Below are positions 59,401 through 64,000 of a stretch of 64,000 nucleotides of DNA, piece by piece. The stretch's first letter is position 1; every line of letters starts with the position of its first letter. The stretch lies in sequence record MT446413.1. One strand, written 5' to 3'. The notes under the pieces are model-generated. The model made no database searches. It saw only the letters and a program-made list of their open reading frames with translations, and had not been told where the DNA came from. This DNA comes from Escherichia virus TH42. Made by a program: the position numbers and the translations under genes.

Positions 59401-60912
59401 TGGGATGGATTCATTAACACATATAACCGTGAAGTTAACATGTTCAACAAAGCTAATAAGAACTCTCAGTACGAAGCAGCAGCTAAACATTTGCAAGCAC
59501 GTCAAGAACGTCTTGAGACGCTCCGTAACAGAGCTAAAGCTCGTAGTGATGCCAAGGCAGCAATAGAGACAGAAAGACAGTCTCTCGAGGCTATAGCGGC
59601 TCAGAAATCGGAGATGGAGAACCTGTTGAAAGATTTACCAGAGTCGGTACGTGAGTCTCAGGAAGGTCGTACACTGAAACAGTTAGCAGCTCACCACGAT
59701 AAGAACTCTCCTGTACCACCGGAGCGTTTCCGTAGTATTATCGAACGTATCCACAACGCAGAAAGTGATTACATTGACCGTAAGCGTCGTCTCACTGAAG
59801 CGGAAGAAGATGCTCGAGAAGCTAAGTGGAATAAGATGTATGAACAGGCGGAAGAGATGAACCGTAAATACGACATTGATTCCCGTGTACAACGTGACAA
59901 GAAGCTCAAAGAAGCTCAGGAAGCAGAGAACGATCGCATGGCAATACAACGCCAACGTGATGACATTCATAAGCGCCTGATGCGTTCTATGGAGGATAAA
60001 GGGATTCCTAAAGAAGATGCAGAAATCTTTGCAGGTTCTTATATGGATAACCGTTACTCTCTTCTGGAGAAACCTATGACTCCTACTGAGCACCAGAATG
60101 CTCGTTCTCGTATTGAATCGGATATTTCAAAGTTTGCTAAGGATTTTGAGAAGATGACACCAATCGAGAAAGATATTGCTAAGGCAACTGGTGATATGGA
60201 TGGGAAGGTAGAGGTGGATGCAGACACTTCGAAAGCTATCGAAGATGCGAAGAAGGTAGATTCTGAGTTGAAGAAACTTCAGGATGAGGAGTTGGAAATG
60301 GAGAAAGTTCGTTCGGCATTGCCAGAAGATGAAAGATCTCAAGCCTCCTCTGATATACTGGAAAGCATTAAGAAGCAGGAAGATGACTTTGCTAACAAAG
60401 CAGAGAAAGCTTTTATCGAAGGTAAAGACTTGCAGGAACTGGCTAGTGTAGCAGAGGTTCTAGATAGAGTTCATGGTGCTGACAAGGCTGGTAACAACCG
60501 TCGCTTTGTACGTGCATTACAAACTGCTGCGGAGAACAAGAAACAGTATGGGGATAATCCAGTGGCTTGGTTTAGTGCTGATGACTATTCTGCTATTGCT
60601 AAACTTGGGGCTGCTTCAGCGGGTGGTAACAAATCTAGAGCACTGGAGAAAATCTTTGGTTCTACTGCTGAACAAGCTAAAGGGAAACTTTTAGGGCGGG
60701 ATGATGTAGCGAAGATTAGACGTGTGATTGAAGAGAATCCTGATGTTAAGATCCCTTCTTACAAGACAACTACTCGACAAGAGTATTTACAGTTCTTGGA
60801 GAAGTATAATGACGAGGGAGAGTTGAAAGTCAAACGTGGTTCTCTGTCTGACAAGTTGGAGAGAAGTAAGCGTCAAGCTAAACTCCGTGTTAGAGTTCGA
60901 GCTAAGGAGTAA
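56494..60912 (+). CDS. very large virion protein (internal core/ejection protein or tape-measure-like)
   Basis: 1472 aa, Ala/Glu/Lys/Arg-rich with long helical repeats; TAATGTATA motif upstream; bidirectional terminator downstream. Confidence 0.55.
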   Translation: MANLKPWEEASKSPAYLNASPEQQSQMREQYKAAGGTIPEAAPAPKQEEQPGLVGDFAQGVSNAIQSGGANIAASAARGIGGLVEIGENLAGTQTSYGKRIQDNSKNLLEERLSQIEDGVGKSVGQYAGVAADIGLTVANPAVAAAVIAARETGRAYADQTPEEGEEKSVLDAGLVGGANFAAQKILPGMTGTASTTLGRVGQSVASNAVAGAKGGALVGAAEAQNKYGDDTTLANIIEGAVEEGAMGAAYGGAIGGVHGLISRPSPQVFDRTPEHVKTDIAAEDEAIRSAKNADELREAYSKADNANTASALNLLDENGFRVTDAVAMDSPAAQRILNTDQSRAEKAATILEDRSNVPGLNPLAAPNKKQGKANADNEHNQKQAVAMKDAMADYTKDNTKSLSDVLDNLDRELTAARASGDFTGSAMDIKNRTQADRDFIDAYKTFYNEANRFKARDGEDFNNFIEKATELQKLADNVSPEMKTAIGGLKKLKGMPEGFNPIQDAFTLNNTAKLMSNQDRGWTSLTADGFKEAAPPVLIKNPLGAAKHVLNRFRSDRARSQRESQQAANSEAIRSLARSDMEVTRARAQADEARAAMEKEPEVDDIKFKTQNDTEIEPVREPSATTVTEEISSPETSPLTARDLVAQRRALKEAEARRQEAEANKVQEEPTPEPVPQEPVTTARDLVAQRRAVAEARKRQEAEEASKAAESVPEEPTVQAEPLPTRAPKAPEIEPEPVKPATGIERLAAMSSAARQATKDRADRFARSLYTAGAKAKATAENFLSYKGDPKELMRRIRQEDQANNAERHAEMARNQLASQQGIAAAKSQRVRSSFADWVKERGLPSDIATKALRAEEKGIGGNVTSLDSLKRRSERLYQKQRDDEFNKMYEEALAENKKLDKADAPKLVDQKKELHSEINLLLDAEPLRPAQKDAMRKLMEDFVDGKFKASEKAGREDALEVGQMKDIWDGFINTYNREVNMFNKANKNSQYEAAAKHLQARQERLETLRNRAKARSDAKAAIETERQSLEAIAAQKSEMENLLKDLPESVRESQEGRTLKQLAAHHDKNSPVPPERFRSIIERIHNAESDYIDRKRRLTEAEEDAREAKWNKMYEQAEEMNRKYDIDSRVQRDKKLKEAQEAENDRMAIQRQRDDIHKRLMRSMEDKGIPKEDAEIFAGSYMDNRYSLLEKPMTPTEHQNARSRIESDISKFAKDFEKMTPIEKDIAKATGDMDGKVEVDADTSKAIEDAKKVDSELKKLQDEELEMEKVRSALPEDERSQASSDILESIKKQEDDFANKAEKAFIEGKDLQELASVAEVLDRVHGADKAGNNRRFVRALQTAAENKKQYGDNPVAWFSADDYSAIAKLGAASAGGNKSRALEKIFGSTAEQAKGKLLGRDDVAKIRRVIEENPDVKIPSYKTTTRQEYLQFLEKYNDEGELKVKRGSLSDKLERSKRQAKLRVRVRAKE

Positions 60913-60920
60913 ATGAGAAA

Positions 60921-60957
60921 AGCCCCCAACCTGAAAAGGAAGGGGGCTTCTTTATTT
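60921..60957. terminator. bidirectional intrinsic terminator between convergent transcription units
   Basis: AGCCCCC-14 nt loop-GGGGGCT with T-rich runs on both sides (UCUUUAUUU on plus; UUUUCUCAUUU on minus). Confidence 0.55.
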
Positions 60958-61070
60958 CTAGATGTTAGAATCCATCGAATTCATCATACATCCCAATTTT
61001 CTTCTTGATGAAGGAGGTCTGGACGTTCATCAAACACTCCCCCAATCTTCTTCTTCGATCATAAGACCTC

Positions 61071-61307
61071 CTAGATTAAATCATAATACTTAATAATATC
61101 AGAGAGCTTAAACTCTCGAATGTCATTCTTGTCATTGTCCCAAGCGGTCATTATCCAACAAGGTTTGCCCCCATTATGATAACGGGAAGAAGCAACTGAG
61201 GTTCGTATAGGAACAACGGAGCGGTCTGCAATTTCACCTCTCCAATTACGATAGCTAAAGCGAAGAACTTGTTTCGTAGATACTTGATCATAGGTGTTTT
61301 CCTTGTT
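61071..61307 (-). CDS. hypothetical protein
   Basis: Start at internal ATG (MNKENTYDQ...) to avoid overlap with HNH gene; track ORF 61071..61430. Confidence 0.35.
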   Translation of the reverse strand, partial: NKENTYDQVSTKQVLRFSYRNWRGEIADRSVVPIRTSVASSRYHNGGKPCWIMTAWDNDKNDIREFKLSDIIKYYDLI

Positions 61308-61332
61308 CATAGATTCAAAGACTTCTCTTTCT

Positions 61333-61737
61333 TCAGGAGTCTCTAGATTTTTTAAATTCTCGTCTTGCATCATTCTCTTCCTTAGTTTTAATCTTATGAC
61401 AAGGCTCTTTACACAAGACTTGAAAGCCATCTACTTCAACCAAAGCTCTCTCGATGATTTCATCCCAAGAAGCTTCATGGTCCACTGGAACAATAGGGTT
61501 GATATGGTCAACAGCTACCTCTTTGAGAGGAGAGTCATTACCGCACATGGCACACTCATAGTGCATTGCCAGTTTACCAGTTTTGGGGTTGATCTTACGC
61601 TCTGTCTGAGCCTCTTTAAGAGAGTCAAACATAGGCTTCCACTTTCTAGTGAGAGAACGAATCCCTGACTTGATGAAGGAATTATATCGTGCTTCAGTCC
61701 ACTGACCAGAGCATCTAGTTTTCTCAGCTTTCGCCAT
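61333..61737 (-). CDS. HNH endonuclease
   Basis: Start at internal ATG (MAKAEKTR...); CAMCG ... VDHINPIV ... CKEPCH zinc-finger HNH motif. Confidence 0.6.
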   Translation of the reverse strand: MAKAEKTRCSGQWTEARYNSFIKSGIRSLTRKWKPMFDSLKEAQTERKINPKTGKLAMHYECAMCGNDSPLKEVAVDHINPIVPVDHEASWDEIIERALVEVDGFQVLCKEPCHKIKTKEENDARREFKKSRDS

Positions 61738-61915
61738 AACCCACATCCATGTCAGCATCTTCCCAAATACGTTTGTTAATACGATGTGATTCTTTTTCAG
61801 CACGAGGGATACGTCCTGTACGACGATCAAATGCTTGGTGTTTAATCTTCTGGTCTTTACGAGACTCACGATTAGAGGAATTTTCATCATACGAACGATA
61901 GTCAAATTTACCCAT
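61724..61915 (-). CDS. hypothetical protein
   Basis: 63 aa charged ORF between exonuclease and HNH genes. Confidence 0.3.
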   Translation of the reverse strand: MGKFDYRSYDENSSNRESRKDQKIKHQAFDRRTGRIPRAEKESHRINKRIWEDADMDVGYGES

Positions 61916-61925
61916 TATAATATCC

Positions 61926-62771
61926 TTATTCCCAAGATTTATCTAACCACGACCAATCAAAGAGGTCGCCTTCAGCTTGTCCAACGAAGAGCAATCGAGC
62001 ATTTTCTAACATCTTAGCTTCTGCTTCTTCCTCGAACCTCTTATAGTATTCCATTCGTATAATATGATAAAGAGTCCACTTATCGAATACCTTCTCAATA
62101 AGTTTGATAGCAGCTTTGCTACCAATACCCTTACGACGCATAACTAAGTTACCGCCCCACATCATTTCAACTTTCTCACCACATCCGGGGATGTTATCTG
62201 TACTGTCTCCAATCAACATCTGATAGAAGAAGTTCTGCCATGCTACTTCCTCTGATACGTAATGAGGGGGTACTTCTTTCTGTCGTTCACCGCAAGCCCA
62301 GCGGTAATGCCATCCGGGAGTGATTAACAAATCCTTATCACGAGTACAGATGATTGTGTTCTTTTCTATACGCTGTCGTTCAGCGAGTGCATCATCTGCT
62401 TCTCTACCAAACACCTCAACGTACTGATAATGTTCTTTGATGTAATCACTAACGTTCTGCCAGTGATGTGGTCTTTCTCCCGGAGGTCGGTTAGCTTTGT
62501 AACCTTGTTGCTGAGCAATATCAAATCGGAAGTTACCACCTTCACTAAAATAGAAGACAGTTCTTTCACAACCAGCTCTTGAGATGATTACATCAATCTT
62601 ATGTTGGAGACGTTCAATCAAGAATCCATAATCAACTGGAACACGACCTGTGTCTAGGAAAGGATGCTCTTGTGTAAGAGCACCAACTTCATACCTAAGA
62701 ACATCTGCATCCACAATTGCTACTTCAGGATAGATTACATCAGGCATAGAGATCTCTCCGTGTCTGTGCAA
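61926..62771 (-). CDS. 5'-3' exonuclease (T7 gene 6-like, FEN family)
   Basis: 281 aa; IVDADVL, YKANR, FGREADD, CTRDKDLL, GDSTDNIPGCG motifs. Confidence 0.8.
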   Translation of the reverse strand: MHRHGEISMPDVIYPEVAIVDADVLRYEVGALTQEHPFLDTGRVPVDYGFLIERLQHKIDVIISRAGCERTVFYFSEGGNFRFDIAQQQGYKANRPPGERPHHWQNVSDYIKEHYQYVEVFGREADDALAERQRIEKNTIICTRDKDLLITPGWHYRWACGERQKEVPPHYVSEEVAWQNFFYQMLIGDSTDNIPGCGEKVEMMWGGNLVMRRKGIGSKAAIKLIEKVFDKWTLYHIIRMEYYKRFEEEAEAKMLENARLLFVGQAEGDLFDWSWLDKSWE

Positions 62772-63336
62772 TACTGTATTCTAAATACTCCACCGCCTCT
62801 TCTACAGAACAATCATTAAAGAGAAGGTAGGTTGAAAGGTTCGCGCCTTCAATATAGGAACGAGAGTCTCCTTCAAAAGTACAGCCATCACGATGAATCT
62901 GAATTACTCGAACATGGAAATGTTTTTCCAGTTCTTCAACTTCTGCTTTAAATCCACCATCAGAGAATACAATAACATCATTCTGTGTTGGGATGCGTTG
63001 TTGAATACTGCTAACAGCAAGCTTACCCATGCAGGTGTCACCAAACATTGGTTTCAGGTAGTTCTCACTAGTCGCAATCATTAAATCTCGAACTGTCTTA
63101 CCGCCCCATTCAGGACGGCTATATTCTTTCCACTCACGGTCGTTGTATAGCTCCATGAACTCATAAAGAGGAAGTCCTAATGCAGCAGCAGCCACTCGAT
63201 ACATAGGCTCCTTAAAAGCCTTTACATGCGGTCTAAACTCAGTGTTACCGACGGTCTTCTCTAACCAAGCATTAGCGATTGTATCTTTACCACAACCCGG
63301 TGGTCCATTCAGAATTACTACTAACGGTTTACTCAT
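62740..63336 (-). CDS. P-loop nucleotide kinase (dNMP kinase-like)
   Basis: 198 aa; Walker A GPPGCGKDT near N-terminus, size and pattern of phage dNMP kinases. Confidence 0.6.
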   Translation of the reverse strand: MSKPLVVILNGPPGCGKDTIANAWLEKTVGNTEFRPHVKAFKEPMYRVAAAALGLPLYEFMELYNDREWKEYSRPEWGGKTVRDLMIATSENYLKPMFGDTCMGKLAVSSIQQRIPTQNDVIVFSDGGFKAEVEELEKHFHVRVIQIHRDGCTFEGDSRSYIEGANLSTYLLFNDCSVEEAVEYLEYSIAQTRRDLYA

Positions 63337-63986
63337 TATTGAATCATCCCTTGAAGATCTTCTTTATCAAAGTGCTTCTCTACTACAGCTTCATACAGAT
63401 CACGATTCTCTGCATAACGGCGATAGAAGGTTCCGTGTGAAATTCCTAACTGCTGCTGAATATGATCATGAGGAATTCCAAGGAAGAGCATAGAGAACAT
63501 GCTTGCCATTTTCTTGGTATCCATAATATCACTTAAGTCTTGGAAGAAGAAAAAGATTCTAGATTCCAAGAAGGGGTCTCCAGTAGAGTCATGCTTATCC
63601 ATCGCAATCTCTAAAGGACTTTCCCATGAGTTCATCTCAGGAGGTCTAAACATATCAGCCTCTGGAATAGAGTAGATACGTCGATCTCCAACTGTCTGAC
63701 GGTTAGAACGAATAGACCAGATGATATTCTTAACACGATAAGTCATGTGTTCAATATCTTTTTCATCAGTGAGCAGAAGTTCTTCTTGCTTTGCAAACAC
63801 AAAACGCCAAGCGTTCAGTAACACTTCCTGAGCAACATCCTCTGCTTCGTGATAATCTTTAATGTCATACATGAAATAGCGATGCACAACTTTCCAGTTC
63901 TCTCGATAGAATTCATCGAAGGTTGGATAATATTTAATAGGAATGCCATGAATACGATAGCGTGTGGGTGTTGTCTTCTTCTTCAT
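63336..63986 (-). CDS. ECF-like sigma factor
   Basis: 216 aa; region-2-like [18 protein letters not shown] and C-terminal [16 protein letters not shown]. Confidence 0.55.
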   Translation of the reverse strand: MKKKTTPTRYRIHGIPIKYYPTFDEFYRENWKVVHRYFMYDIKDYHEAEDVAQEVLLNAWRFVFAKQEELLLTDEKDIEHMTYRVKNIIWSIRSNRQTVGDRRIYSIPEADMFRPPEMNSWESPLEIAMDKHDSTGDPFLESRIFFFFQDLSDIMDTKKMASMFSMLFLGIPHDHIQQQLGISHGTFYRRYAENRDLYEAVVEKHFDKEDLQGMIQ

Positions 63987-64000
63987 AAGTCGTCCTTAAC

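Noticed and set aside
56494-60912. 1472-aa protein as a siphovirus or myovirus tape measure
   Set aside because: No tail tube, sheath or chaperone-frameshift genes accompany it; the lytic transglycosylase and low-complexity internal proteins fit a podovirus internal core/ejection protein better, so the call is left generic.

Overview
The window reads as most of a lytic tailed-phage genome, and its gene content points to a phiEco32-like (Kuravirus-type) enterobacterial podovirus; that assignment is inference from content, not a database hit. Layout: (i) a leftward minus-strand early/middle block, 1-25689, with small paralogous gene families, dCTP deaminase, a nucleotidyltransferase, a DnaQ-like exonuclease, a T7 gp4-like primase-helicase, an amidoligase/ATP-grasp/glutamine-amidotransferase/GGCT enzyme cluster, membrane proteins, a lipoprotein, tRNA-like elements and a lysis cassette; (ii) a ~5 kb largely non-coding control region, 25.7-30.5 kb, dense in repeats and promoter-like sites; (iii) a rightward plus-strand morphogenesis block, 30.5-60.9 kb, with terminase, portal, scaffold, a major capsid protein carrying an apparent -1 frameshift Ig-like extension, tail fibres, lysozyme, a lytic transglycosylase and large internal virion proteins; (iv) a bidirectional terminator at ~60.94 kb; (v) a second leftward block, 61-64 kb, with an HNH nuclease, a T7 gp6-like 5'-3' exonuclease, a P-loop kinase and an ECF-like sigma factor. 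No rRNA, CRISPR array, integrase or transposase was seen, and no DNA polymerase catalytic subunit lies in the window. The most notable item is the uncharacterised multi-enzyme amide-ligase cluster at 5.7-15.2 kb, whose glutamine amidotransferase appears to start at a non-AUG (AUU) codon. All calls are from manual reading of the sequence and ORF track; sub-ORF coordinates may be off by 1-2 nt and every domain call needs HMM confirmation.
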